DNA of 63,471 bases, the filler included, from Octopus bimaculoides (taxonomy: Eukaryota), in the NCBI RefSeq assembly GCF_001194135.2. It is 4 parts of 4 records of this genome, joined end to end, with 100 filler letters (N's around TTAATTAATTAA, not from the genome) between each part and the next. Parts side by side here need not be neighbours in the genome. Positions count along the whole stretch, not along the records: positions 34,300 to 60,869 come from NC_068985.1; 3 more parts are not named here. One strand, written 5' to 3'. A model generated the notes under the pieces. That model saw only the letters and a program-made list of their open reading frames with translations. It did no database searches and was not told the origin of the DNA. This document shows positions 38,836-51,273 of the stretch, piece after piece; the first letter of the stretch is position 1; the number at the start of each line of letters is the position of its first letter. The position numbers were made by a program, and so were the translations under genes.

Positions 38836-40678
38836 ATACTTACAATGAATAATGCTAATATTTCACAGCCAGATGGATTCCTAACTCCAGCTCTCAATTT
38901 TCCACTCACCAGCTTCCCTGTGTTTGACATGAAAATGTTGGACCAAACCTTCTCACCATTTTACAATGTAAGTATAAGTACAAAGACAAAGAGAAAGACA
39001 ACCCAGCTGGATTTTTTGTTATCACAAACCACAACAATTCATTTTCAACAAACCTGTGATGGAACCTCTACATGACCAATTAACTAGCTCGAAATTACAG
39101 TTAAACCTTCCCCAGAGTATATTCTACCAACTAGATATCTGCTGCATTAGGTCTTATTTAGTGCTTAAGAAGAATAATTGCAACAATCTAGATTTGATTT
39201 GATACTTAACAACAATAATTGCAACAATGTAATCAGCAACGTATTGAGGGAGAAGTGTAGCTATCTGATGAGATAAGCTCTAGAACCCCAGCCAACAATA
39301 CCAGGACTGTTTAACTGAATGTAACAGGATTCCACATAATTGTAGTACAGTTTGCAACATCTCTCTGAGAGATTATCCTGGCATAGTTGTGTACTTAAGA
39401 AACTTTTGTTCCTGAACTATGTGGTTTGGATCCAGTTTCACTGTACCATCTATTATAGCTTCATGTCAACCAAAACCCTTGTGAATGAAATATGCTGAAC
39501 AGAAAGTATGTGGAACCCTACTGCAGGGATCATTCTTGAGTTTTAACTTCCTCCTCTCCTCCACCTACAAACATCTGAAGTTGTGTAGAAGTATTATGAC
39601 CTTCACTAAGCAACCAGAACATTACAGGACTTCCATTAGAGATTAGAGTTTCATTCAGTTTTTTTAACCAGATCTCTGAGCCCCATTAGCTGTGATGGTT
39701 TTTAGTCTTCCAATAACAGTGAACCCAAGTCATGAATTCCCATTCATATACGTTTGATAATCAAGTTACCTCTCCATATTTGGGAAATTCTTCAGCATGA
39801 AACCATTTGGTAACATGAATTAGCAATTATTAGCTATTAATTAAACTTTTAACACACACACTAGGTGAGGTGTTGGGATTTAGCAAACTGACAACATGCT
39901 GGACCTCCTCACATAACATCTGCAGAACTCACAACATCAACATTCCAACTGTATCTCAGACTAGTCTTCTTCTTCAGGGAAAACATTTCAGCTTCCAATA
40001 ATTACCTTCTACAAAGTTCAGGTGAAGCCCACAGTATTATCACATCTGGATCAGTGCTGCTGCTGTCACAGCTGCAACTATCAGTAAATGTAGACTCTTA
40101 GTAAGATATCTTCTCAAATGATTTGTTGAAAAATGCTTTAAATTCATGACACTGGATCGCTAGAGCTACTTTCCCATTTCTAATAATGCAAATTATACTT
40201 GCCACAAATTAATTATGCAAATTATATTTGCTACAAATAATTCTACATGTAAAAATGACCAAATCAAACTGGAAAAGACTAATATTTCATAGATAAATTC
40301 TTATAGGGTAAGAAATATGTTTATAGCAGTCATCTTGTTTAACAACAAATAGAAAAATTCAATTATCTGTGCAATTAATTCTCTGTATTTTGCTAACAAT
40401 TGTTTTCTTTCTCCAACTAAGAAATAAATTTCAATAGCATTAAGAAAGCAAGTTAAAGCAATGAGAAGTTATTTATGTAGCGATTGAGGATATTAGAAAC
40501 AGTAATGGAAACTTCTTCAACCACACCCTACTAACACATAGAATAGTATAATCCACAGTAAATAGCCTTGGATGGCCACAACTGGAATGTCTCATAGCTT
40601 TGTTTAATCAGAAAACTAAATAAGAAAACAATAACTAACTAAATACAATGAAATATCACTCGGGTACATAAAACTCAC

Positions 40679-40764
40679 CAATTCTACCCCTTGGGTATAT
40701 GGGCAGTCATCCCAGTCATTTTCAGGAAAGCGCTGGAGGGTTTTGCCACAGCTGACTCCACTCC
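40679..40764 (-). CDS. SBF2: Internal coding exon of SBF2/MTMR13 (myotubularin-related, uDENN) ortholog
   Basis: TTTTTATTTTGTAG acceptor and GTGAGT donor; 86 bp, phase 1 to 0; encodes [29 protein letters not shown], similar to recalled human SBF2 [29 protein letters not shown]. SBF1/SBF2 are vertebrate paralogs, so a single Sbf ortholog is likely. Flanking exons not found. Confidence 0.88.
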
Positions 40765-43199
40765 CTACAAAATAAAAATGCATAATAAAACCACTGATGA
40801 TGAAGGAAGAGGACATGGATAGATATGGGGAGATAGATACAGGTAGATACAGAGTATTTTCAATAACAAAAGGTTATCAAACCTTTCCAAACTATATTTA
40901 CATGGTAGGAATGAGAGAGAGAGAGAGAGAGACTGTCCATCCAACCTAGTAAATTTTCAACAGAATCGATATTTCAAAGGAGTTTAATATTTCTACCTTT
41001 ATTTATTGCTATGTATGATGTTAGTGTTGGCAAACTGGTGTACATATCATGTTGTCATGGATGTTGAAATGAAATCTTGACAGATTATTATTCAAAAAAT
41101 TAACAACACTTAAGTAGTGTTGATAGTTTGATAATAAATATGAACCTTTTAAGAGAAGCTGTGTAAGGTGAGTTGGTATTAAAAGAGTTAAACAAAGTTT
41201 TTTTTTTTTTTCTTACACTTAACAAAAAACCTGAATTGAATCACCATTTAACTGAATTGTTTGTTAGTTGATTTCAGTGGCATATCATTTGTTTGAAAAC
41301 ACATGTGGTTACACACCAACTCAACATTTTCAAGTGGACAATAGATGGCCTTATGCTTGTTTTATTTTTATAGGTAAATGCAAATGCATACATGTGCATG
41401 CAAGCAGATTATTACAACTTTTACATCTACTTTCCATCAAGTTTATATTTAGACCAAAAATTTGCCTGGAGTTGCTACTATACAGTCAAAGAATAGATTA
41501 CGTTGATATTACTCTTCCTTGAGCAAATATTTCAACCCTTCACTGCATGCATAATTTTAATTCAGAGTTGTCTCCCCTTTACTATCATGATCTTGCTTTC
41601 CATCAATTGGAATTATTTTGCTTCGTTAATTAATCTAACGTGTGAATGGCACCCCAAGGTCAGTTCTTTCAGTAATTATAAATATTTCAATTCTGTTTCC
41701 AACTATTGACTCAAAACACAACCACAAGAAAATATACTAGACAATATAGAAAGTTAGAAATGAAAGAACCTACTTAATTTCTCATTAGGAGACTCAACTG
41801 TGTGTTTGTGTTAATTTGCAGGGATATATTGACTTTCTACAGATCTTGAGATCCTATACTGTTATACAATAAGAACTTTAAAACATTATGGCACTAGCTT
41901 AAAGATTCCTGCTTGTTTCCACTTGATTTAAGAGCCAAAACTCCATCCAAAACATATCAGTAATGTGCTACCTTTTTACTGTTGAGGCCCACAGTATTGT
42001 TCTATAAAGTTGTAGTCCACCTAAAAATCTATTTAAACACCAATTTTTTTCAAACAACAAAAATAGTATACATACATCATGAAGTATATCAGAATGGTAA
42101 AAATATCCATTTAAATAAACAAATTAGTGTAACTGAAAACCTTATAATTCTGGTGAGCTCAGAAGAAGTGTGAAATAGTGATATCTACAACTACAGGAAT
42201 GGTCAATAAATGGGTTTTATGGAAAAATGGAAACACCTTATACTCTTTCACTCATAAGAAAAAGACCTTGCAATGTAAGGAAAAAGGAAAAACCCTCATA
42301 CAATTAATATGCACACAACTGTTACCTTAATATACAAATGTTACTGTGACCCATCTTAGCATACTATTTCTAAGTCATGGGACCCGTGTTATGGTATTGT
42401 ATAACACTGATGTATATCACACACACACACACACACACCACGTGCATGTATGTGCGCACACTGCCACCTGTAAACAATCTTAATTTCAAAACAGCTATTT
42501 TGCCATAAAAATAATTCTGGCCACTAAAATATGTCCAAGATGAGAAGGGGCAGTCAAGGGAAGTGACTATACTGGTCATTCTTTTATCTACTCTGCGAGA
42601 ATAAAAGATAAAATATGGTAAAATACTTACTGAAGCCCAACAATGTAGCCCAAACAGAAAAGTATTAATCCAAATAAAGCCATAATTCCAACAGGACTTT
42701 AATTTCCAAAAGCCTTAATCAACTGAATAATCAAGTTGTGTGGAGTTTGTGCAGATGATCTTTTGTGCCACATCCATTTCTAAAGCCAACCTTTTCTTTA
42801 GCTATTTCTTGTTCAAGGTATGGTTTCAAACATTCTGTACTTGCATGTGGTATCAGAGCGATTGCTTGTTAACTCTCACAGATAAACAGGTCTCCCCTTT
42901 GTGTATAGGCACATATTTTGCTGTGCACCAATCTGACAGTCACTTTTACTCACTCCAGATTTTACAGCATTGGTTGTGGAATATTGCTAAGGCATTCTCT
43001 CCTGCACTCTAGATCAATCCAACTAGTATTGCATCTAGACTTGGTGCTTTCCCATTTTTTTATCTTTTCCAGAGCTCTTTCTACCTATTTCCAGTAATTC
43101 CTATTCAAGTTCTCTCTCTTACTCAAGCCACTTTATTACCCTCATCAATACTGCTGTTATTTGATCCAGTCTTTAAACCTGATCCACATTCAAACTTTC

Positions 43200-45899
43200 A
43201 ATGAAGTCAAACTGAATCAATTTCAAGTGAGATTAGGCATAAGAGGAATTAGAAGTAGTGTGCAAGATAGAATACCATGTAGCAAATTTCATAAGCGAAT
43301 TCAAATATGAACCTGAAGAAGAAGTAACCTTTGAGGTTTACTTTCGAAGATTTCAACAAATTTTGGAAAAAGAATGCAAAGATTGGACAAACAATACAAA
43401 AACTCTAGTGTTATGAAAAACTAGCAACAGCAGAGTACAAGAAGTATAGTAACTTCATATTGCCAAAAAAAAGTGTCTAATATAAATTTCACTGACACAG
43501 TTGACATTTTGTGCAAAATGTTTAATAAAAAGAGCTCACTGTTTAATACTAGACAGAAATGTTTAAACACAAAAAAAAAGGGCAAGGATGAAGACTTCAC
43601 CACTTACACAGGTGGAGTCAACAAAGAAAGTGAGAGATTTAGGCTAGATACGCTTACTCCAGTTTCTTTCAAGAATTTGTACAAGGACTGACAGACAGAA
43701 GGGATGCAGAAATCCAAACAAAAATTCTATCAAAACTAGAAACAAACCAGGATTTGACATTGCAGAAACTGTCCCTAGAGTGTGACAGGATATTAAAATT
43801 AAGGCATGACACGGAAGAAATTCAAAGAGAAGACCAATGCAAAAAAGACGGAAGACAAACTGTTGCAGGAAAAACAGAAAAAATATCGGAATGTAGACCC
43901 ATGTATGGCATGTGGTGGGGTGCATCTGAAAAAAGATTGTCCGTATAAAAAAGCAAAGTGTTTTCGCTGCGAGTTTATAGGACATATAAAAATCGCACTG
44001 CAAAACTAGAATGATAGGAAATTGGAACAAACAAGAAAAAATAAATAGTTTGTCAGCAGGAAAAGTTCTGACTACAACAAACAGAAAATTCATGAAAGTG
44101 AGAATTGAAAACACTAGTGACAGAATGCAAATAGACATGGGAAGTGATATCACAATCATAAACGAGAAAACATGAGAACAAATGGGTAAACCAAAATAGC
44201 ATATAATGTTAAGGGAAGAAAATTATATTTCACGGGCAAATGCACTTATAATATAATGTTGAAAGATCGAACCAAAAAAGTGAATGCTTAGGTGTTAAAA
44301 AAAATCCATTAATTCATTTGGCACCGAATGCATAGAGAAATTTAATTTATGGGATACACCCACAAGCGCTTTGTGCAAAAGTATAAATGGAGCAGTCAAA
44401 CGACCGAACGAGGTCGATGAACTGAAACAAAAAAAGTTATGTGGAATATCATGCATGAACTACCAGTAATAAAAATAAAATAAATAAATAAAAATACAAG
44501 AAATGACAAATTTATGAATGAGACAAAACAAAAACTGTGGTCAACAAAAGGAAATTAAGAAAGGTCCAATGCAAAGAACCGCTAAGATGTAAACGTATAC
44601 TCTATAACTGATGGTGCACCAATGTACACTCAGAGGGTGGTCATGCCACAGATATTACAGAAGAAAATGCTAAAAGGGTTTCATGTGGGACACCCAGGAA
44701 TCTCTAGAATGAAAGTGCTGATGTGAAGTTTCATATACTGGCCAACACTCTGGCCAAGCATGGACAAGGAAGTTGAAAACCTGGTAAAAGGCTGCAGATG
44801 ATGTGTGCTGGCAGTAAAACTACCTACTACAAAATGTGAACTTTGGCTGGAAGTGAAAATATCATGGTCCTGATTGCATATCGATTTTGCAGGCCTGGTA
44901 AATGGATATCATTACTGAATAGTAGTGGACAACTTCACAAAATGGCCTGAGGTCGCAAGGTGTCGCAACCTCATAAACAGTAATGAACTTCTAACACAAG
45001 CTGTTTGCAAGATGTGGCGTACCAGATATAATTGTCTCTGATATCGGAACACAGCTTGTATCCTGTGAGTTTAAAAGATTCTGCTATATTGAATGGAAGG
45101 GCTGAACAGTTCGTGGACACTTTTAAGAGAGCTTTAAAGAAAACTAATAAGGAAGCCACAGACGAGGTCATGATCCAACAATTCTTAAGGGGATACGGGG
45201 TAACTCTGAACCCAAATGTGCCAGAAGGAAGTTCACCAGCAGAATTAATATTTGCCAGAAAGGTGAAGTCAGTATTCAATAAACTATACATGCTAGTGAA
45301 GGCATGCCAAAATTTTAGAATCGGTGATAAGATGTCTGTAAGAATGTACAAAAATGGCAAGCAATACTGGGAAGGAGGAGAAATTGTAACATGCAAAGGG
45401 AGAATAATGTATGGTGTAAGAAGCAGAAATGGAATGGAAAGGAGACATAGATATCAACTTAAGGAAAGAGTCATAGAAAAGGAACCAACAAGAGTAGAAA
45501 TACCGATGGATTGGCTATATGACACTTTTCAGGTTCCAACACCGTTACAAGAAGTTGAAACCCCACGTACAAGGAAAAGAAGAATACTGAATTCCTAAGA
45601 GTAGACCCTAAAAAGAAAAGATATTAATATATGAAAAAAAAAAAGGAGGTAGGATGAATAAAAGGAATCAATTGTTAAATAAAAAATTAAAAGGAGAGAT
45701 GCTGTATAGTGAAACTGTACACCCCTCCCAGTAAAAAGTGGAAGTAGCCAGCCATTATAAATAGACCAGTTGCTGGTCGACAAGAAAAGGTCAGAAGGCC
45801 AAGAGTACATGTAGAATGTGTTTATAGTCGTGTCTGTGCTGATATAGTAATTATACTGAGTGGACATTATATCGATCCAACCTTTTAAGGATAATAACA
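43200..45899 (+). mobile_element. Decayed Gypsy/Ty3 LTR retrotransposon (gag, protease, integrase; RT/RNase H deleted) with probable 3' LTR
   Basis: gag-like FEVYFRRF; knuckles CMACGGVHLKKDC and CFRCEFIGH; protease IDMGSDITII; integrase HVGHPGISRMK, HIDFAG, VVDNFTKWPE, VSDIGTQL, NGRAEQFVDTFKRALKK; PPT AAAAGGAGAGA then TG at 45700 ... AATAACA at 45899. Confidence 0.85.
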
Positions 45900-48541
45900 C
45901 TGTACAACCTCCAGTCGTACAGTGCCAGATAGAACCATACTATTGACAACTTCAGAATATAATAATATCTGTCTGAGCAACAACGATACAACAGTGGCAA
46001 AAGACTGCTTTACAAGCACCATTGTTCCCACCATGACCACCACCACATGGCCACCATTCTTGAATCAGTGATAGGTTGTGCAGATCTGTAATATATCAAC
46101 CTCCCACTGTACCATTTCAATCTCATTTTTAAAATAGTTGTTCAGATTGATGAGATACCAGACATTCAACTAATAACTCAGGAGTTTCAATCATACATCT
46201 GACACTATATTTCACCCATAGTCAGCAGTCAATAAAGGAAGTGATGCAATTCAGTACAAAATGAATTCAAATCCTCTTGAGATGAAACATCTACCCAGGA
46301 ACAGTTTTACATTGTGGAAGCCAGAAATAAACATCAATTTATGGAATTGTATGGTATGGACAAAGATCGACTTCCTCTTCTAATTTTTTATTGTATGATT
46401 CTTGATAACTAGTCCCAGTTCAACAATTATCATCAACCACATTTCTAAGAAGCAATCTGTCTTCTCACGAACCCAAACTATTGCAATTATTTTATTTTTT
46501 TCCACTATTACTCAATGTTTCAGAAAATAAATGATAAAATAAAAATCGTTTAGCCTTGAATAAATGTTAAGAATGTGAAACTAAAAGAAGTGAAAATAGA
46601 GGTGGAGTCTAAATAAACATAATTGCCATCACCACCACCATCACTGCTATGACTGTCATAACAGAGGGAGGGGTATCACCACAACCACCATCATTTCAAC
46701 AGCTATCACCACCCCTAACATTACCCCCAATCCCCACCACAACTACCATTATCATCACCACAGCCAATATATTACTCTCATTACCACCATCACCACTAGA
46801 ACTAAATATCACCACCACCATTACCACAACCACTATTACCATTACCATCACTACCACTAACCTCACCAACAACACCATGTTCAGACAGGTCTCTATGACA
46901 ACAGTGACTGTACAAGTATACAATACATCAATGTTTCAGCATTTCATATATTTCAGAAAAATAATAATGCCAATTTTGAACTAAATTCTACCATTAGACA
47001 TACTGGAATACATGAACTTTAGTGCAAGGCAAGCTGTTCTAACACTTATTGATCTCATCAACCTGATTCTTACATTAAAGAATCTACAACTAACCCAGCA
47101 CACTTATTACAGGTCGATTTGATGGGGAGATTATGTCTCTTTAATTCAGGGTTCACCTCTTTAAAGCCAATAAAATAAGTTCTGGAGTTGATGTAATCCA
47201 CTCTACATTAATCCACTCTACAACAAAAAAAAAACAAACCGAGAAACGAGACATGCAACATAAAGAATATTACCCTTCTTCAGTTGTCCCTGTTCCATCT
47301 ACTCCGCGTTTCAAAGGCAAGGACAATACGCAACTTCGTTGGAGCAGTCCTTCCCGCAAGCAAATTAATTAATATTTGGAAATTTGTGTGGAGGGTGAAA
47401 GTGTAAACAAGAACAGGACAGTGAGAACAAAACAGTAAAAACAAGACAGAACAGTGAGAACAAACGGTAAGGGCTGTTAGGCCAAGACAATAGAAAAATT
47501 ATTCTGAACGCTAGTTAGATGTGAAGGAGAGACAAAAAAATCACGTCTTCTCTAGAGGAAGGCAAGAAATCGAACGAAAGAATCCCTTTCATCACGCGTC
47601 NNNNNNNNNNNNNNNNNNNNNNNNNNNNNNNNNNNNNNNNNNNNNNNNNNNNNNNNNNNNNNNNNNNNNNNNNNNNNNNNNNNNNNNNNNNNNNNNNNNN
47701 NNNNNNNNNNNNNNNNNNNNNNNNNNNNNNNNNNNNNNNNNNNNNNNNNNNNNNNNNNNNNNNNNNNNNNNNNNNNNNNNNNNNNNNNNNNNNNNNNNNN
47801 NNNNNNNNNNNNNNNNNNNNNNNNNNNNNNNNNNNNNNNNNNNNNNNNNNNNNNNNNNNNNNNNNNNNNNNNNNNNNNNNNNNNNNNNNNNNNNNNNNNN
47901 NNNNNNNNNNNNNNNNNNNNNNNNNNNNNNNNNNNNNNNNNNNNNNNNNNNNNNNNNNNNNNNNNNNNNNNNNNNNNNNNNNNNNNNNNNNNNNNNNNNN
48001 NNNNNNNNNNNNNNNNNNNNNNNNNNNNNNNNNNNNNNNNNNNNNNNNNNNNNNNNNNNNNNNNNNNNNNNNNNNNNNNNNNNNNNNNNNNNNNNNNNNN
48101 NNNNNNNNNNNNNNNNNNNNNNNNNNNNNNNNNNNNNNNNNNNNNNNNNNNNNNNNNNNNNNNNNNNNNNNNNNNNNNNNNNNNNNNNNNNNNNNNNNNN
48201 NNNNNNNNNNNNNNNNNNNNNNNNNNNNNNNNNNNNNNNNNNNNNNNNNNNNNNNNNNNNNNNNNNNNNNNNNNNNNNNNNNNNNNNNNNNNNNNNNNNN
48301 NNNNNNNNNNNNNNNNNNNNNNNNNNNNNNNNNNNNNNNNNNNNNNNNNNNNNNNNNNNNNNNNNNNNNNNNNNNNNNNNNNNNNNNNNNNNNNNNNNNN
48401 NNNNNNNNNNNNNNNNNNNATATATATATATATATATATACAGGATATACTTTTCGTATTGAGATAATACAATATCCCTACATTCACTCTCTATTTCCTA
48501 TCTTAACTAAACTAATTATTGCTTAATCATCCTCTCACACC

Positions 48542-48589
48542 GTCTCCGATGAAGAGATATAATAAATATCCTGGAAACAGCTGTAAGAC
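48542..48589 (+). ncRNA. Minimal hammerhead candidate with core U4->C change
   Basis: Stem I GTCT/AGAC; CCGATGA; stem II GATAT-AATAA-ATATC; GAAA; palindromic stem III ACAGCTGT; GUA triplet (A48585). Confidence 0.72.
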
Positions 48590-48805
48590 ATTAGATTTAT
48601 AAATGTTCTATTTTATACACAGCCTTGGTTTTTTTTTTATCTCATTACGAAAAGTATATCCTATATTCACACTCTGATATATGACCTACGTTGGACCCCT
48701 TATTCGATAACCTCCGAACCCGGAGCTTAACGGTGGTCTATCCATAGCACTTACTCAGCATTACCTGAAACCTCTGGGTCTAATTGACACCACTGTCGCT
48801 CATAA

Positions 48806-48849
<44 letters not shown>

Positions 48850-49070
48850 CATACATACATACATACATATATATTTTAATTTATGTATATATTAATATTA
48901 TCTTGGTTGAAAAACTCCGATAATGCAAATATGTAAATAGTTACCTGGGTAGCAAAAATCACACAAAAACTGGGATATTATACCTGGTTAAGGGGTAGAA
49001 ATTCCATGTTAAAGTGATGTATTTTGAGTTGATATAAAGAATAATAATAAATGGAGCAAAACGCATATAA

Positions 49071-51017
49071 CCAATAAGCTCCTTTAATTCCTACACATGT
49101 TTCAAAAATTATATGCACTCTACTCCAAAGAAGTAAGAGATGCTGGTATATACATATAATTTCATCATCAGGGAACCATATTTCAAATGCAAGACTTGTG
49201 CTGAATGCTAACGTTACATACGAGGAATAACACTATAAGTTAAATGGCCGTTAGAAACAAGAACGCTAGTTTACAGGGAGCTGTTTAGGGAGAGAGGCTA
49301 TGAATGCTATACTAAGAGTTTAAATTAAAGGATCACATGATGAACCACAGAAAATTCTTAAAGTTAATAATAATGGTAGTAAAAATTTATTGTAATTTTA
49401 AGGAGAAAGGGAGAGAATCCAATGAATTCTTTATATACGACTAATTATGTAAATAAATGTTTATAAGGAAGGAAAATTAAAGATAGATTGTAAATATAAT
49501 TAACCATTAATGTTGTATCATATTAAGTTACGATAAATAACCTAAATAAATGGCAATACAAGGTACAAAACTATAAAGTAATGAAATAATAAGAATAAAC
49601 ATGCTTACGATAACAAAATCAATAGTATATACGTAAATATACTTAAAATTCTACAAATATAACTTTACGGGGTTTAAACTTGCTGTACTAACTAGAGAAG
49701 GAGAGAGAGTGTGAACAACTGGCATTGGAGTTAGATTTAATTGTTATTTTAGATAATATTGTAATGTAATTATTCTCATTGTTGTTATTATTATTATAAA
49801 TGTAAAAATTAATTTATTATTATTACTATTATTGTTATTGTCTAAAGTTTAATAAAAATAAATACAAAGTGGGGTGATAGTTCATACCACATGTAAAGTG
49901 GCTGTTAACTAGTGAGTATGAAAAAAAAAAAACTAAAATTAGTAAAAAGGATGAAATTAATGAAACGAGCTGAAGGTGTGGTTCCTCCAATGCTGGCATC
50001 TGTATGCTCTCAGTGTTATCTGGTTCATTAAATTATTCTTGGAGAACAGAATGTGGAATAGCTCCAAGTTACAGAGAGGACAAAAATCTTTACCCTTGTC
50101 GTAGAGTATTGAGGTAGCCAGTATTGACCATTCCAAAGAAAATTGTTTATTGCAGTCCTTAAGTTTCCAGATTAACTTACTAAGACCCGGTACTATTATT
50201 TTTATTCCTATCCCTAAAAGTTGAGTAATGGTTAGAGATTCTCCTAAAGACCTGTGACGAAGAGCAACCTATGTAATGCGAGACCTCTGTGTTAGTCGTT
50301 AATTTACATTGATAAACCACATTTTTGGTCCTAGCATTCACACTCAAAAACTTGATTCTATTACAATTAGATTCCGAGATACTAATCTTATTGTTGTGAG
50401 AGTTATTGTTATATTTACTAATGTTGTACTTATTACCTATATCTTTATTTAAATAACTATGGCTACCATAGGAGTGTGTTGTATTACTGGAGTAATTGTT
50501 ATTATTATTATTATTATCATTACTATTATTATCATCATAATTGGTATGGCTGTCTAGAACTGAATCTAAAAGTCTAAAATTATGGGAAGAAATTATTTGT
50601 AACATATTTTTTGTATTAGAAAACCCAAATCTAACCTTATGTGTGTTGATGATTGGGTAATAGTGAGAACCCCTAGGAAAGTTCCTATTCACCGCATTGC
50701 GGAACTGCAAAACCAAATTGGATTTAACTTGTTTCCCAAATGGGACGATGAACCAGATGTTGTCATCATACCTAGGTGGTGTGTTGGTATTGCTAAATAA
50801 ATTAAGTTTTTTGTTTAGAGCCAGTTAAGCCTCCTCTTTTATGTGAACGATTATAAGTAAGTGCCTTTTCTCAGTTAAGTGAGAAGAAGGGGAAGAAATA
50901 GAATTGAGTTTATCCCTGCTAGTAGTGCTAGTATTCTGTTGTACAAAAGATGAAAAATCACTAAATGAGTTGATGTATCTTAACTTGTCTTTGTAACCTG
51001 CCTTCAATAAGGCTGAA
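49071..51017 (-). mobile_element. 5'-truncated Penelope-like element (RT C-terminus, Asn-rich linker, GIY-YIG, 3' UTR with hammerhead)
   Basis: YNSALLKAGYKDKLRYI; NVVYQCKLTTNTEVSHYIGCSSSQVFRRISNHYSTF; LSKLIWKLKD..LEWSILA..CNLE. Confidence 0.85.
49086..49177 (-). ncRNA. Type-I hammerhead candidate, intact core with extended stem II
   Basis: Stem I GGTTCC/GGAATT; CTGATGA; 10-bp stem AAATTATATG/CATATAATTT with inner hairpin; GAAA; stem III ACA-TG-TGT; GUA triplet (49092). Confidence 0.75.
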
Positions 51018-51156
51018 TTATATGCGTTTTGCTCCATTTATTATTATTCTATATATATATATAGTTGGAATTTACAAAAAAGCAAAACAAAAGACAAAGA
51101 CGGGTGTGTAAACAACAAACAGGTGTATTAGTTTAATGCTCAGGAAGTGAGAAAGT

Positions 51157-51192
51157 ATTTTATGTTTTGAGCCTATGCTCTTTCACAGAAAG
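51157..51192 (-). ncRNA. CpG-decayed hammerhead remnant in PLE-type tail
   Basis: CTTT CTGTGAA A GAGC-ATAG-GCTC AAAACAT; stem II intact, both core boxes mutated. Confidence 0.45.
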
Positions 51193-51218
51193 GAACACAG
51201 AAATAAGCAGAGTGAAAG

Positions 51219-51273
<55 letters not shown>

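Noticed and set aside
39990-40090. Open minus frame STFTDSCSCDSSSTDPDVIILWASPELCR ending at AG|GTAATT
   Set aside because: No similarity to SBF2 exon 3, weak acceptor and incompatible phase
39266-40805. Isolated CTGATGA hits (about 39266 and 40795; also CTGAAGA at about 7657 and 24544)
   Set aside because: No downstream stem II + GAAA + NUH arrangement
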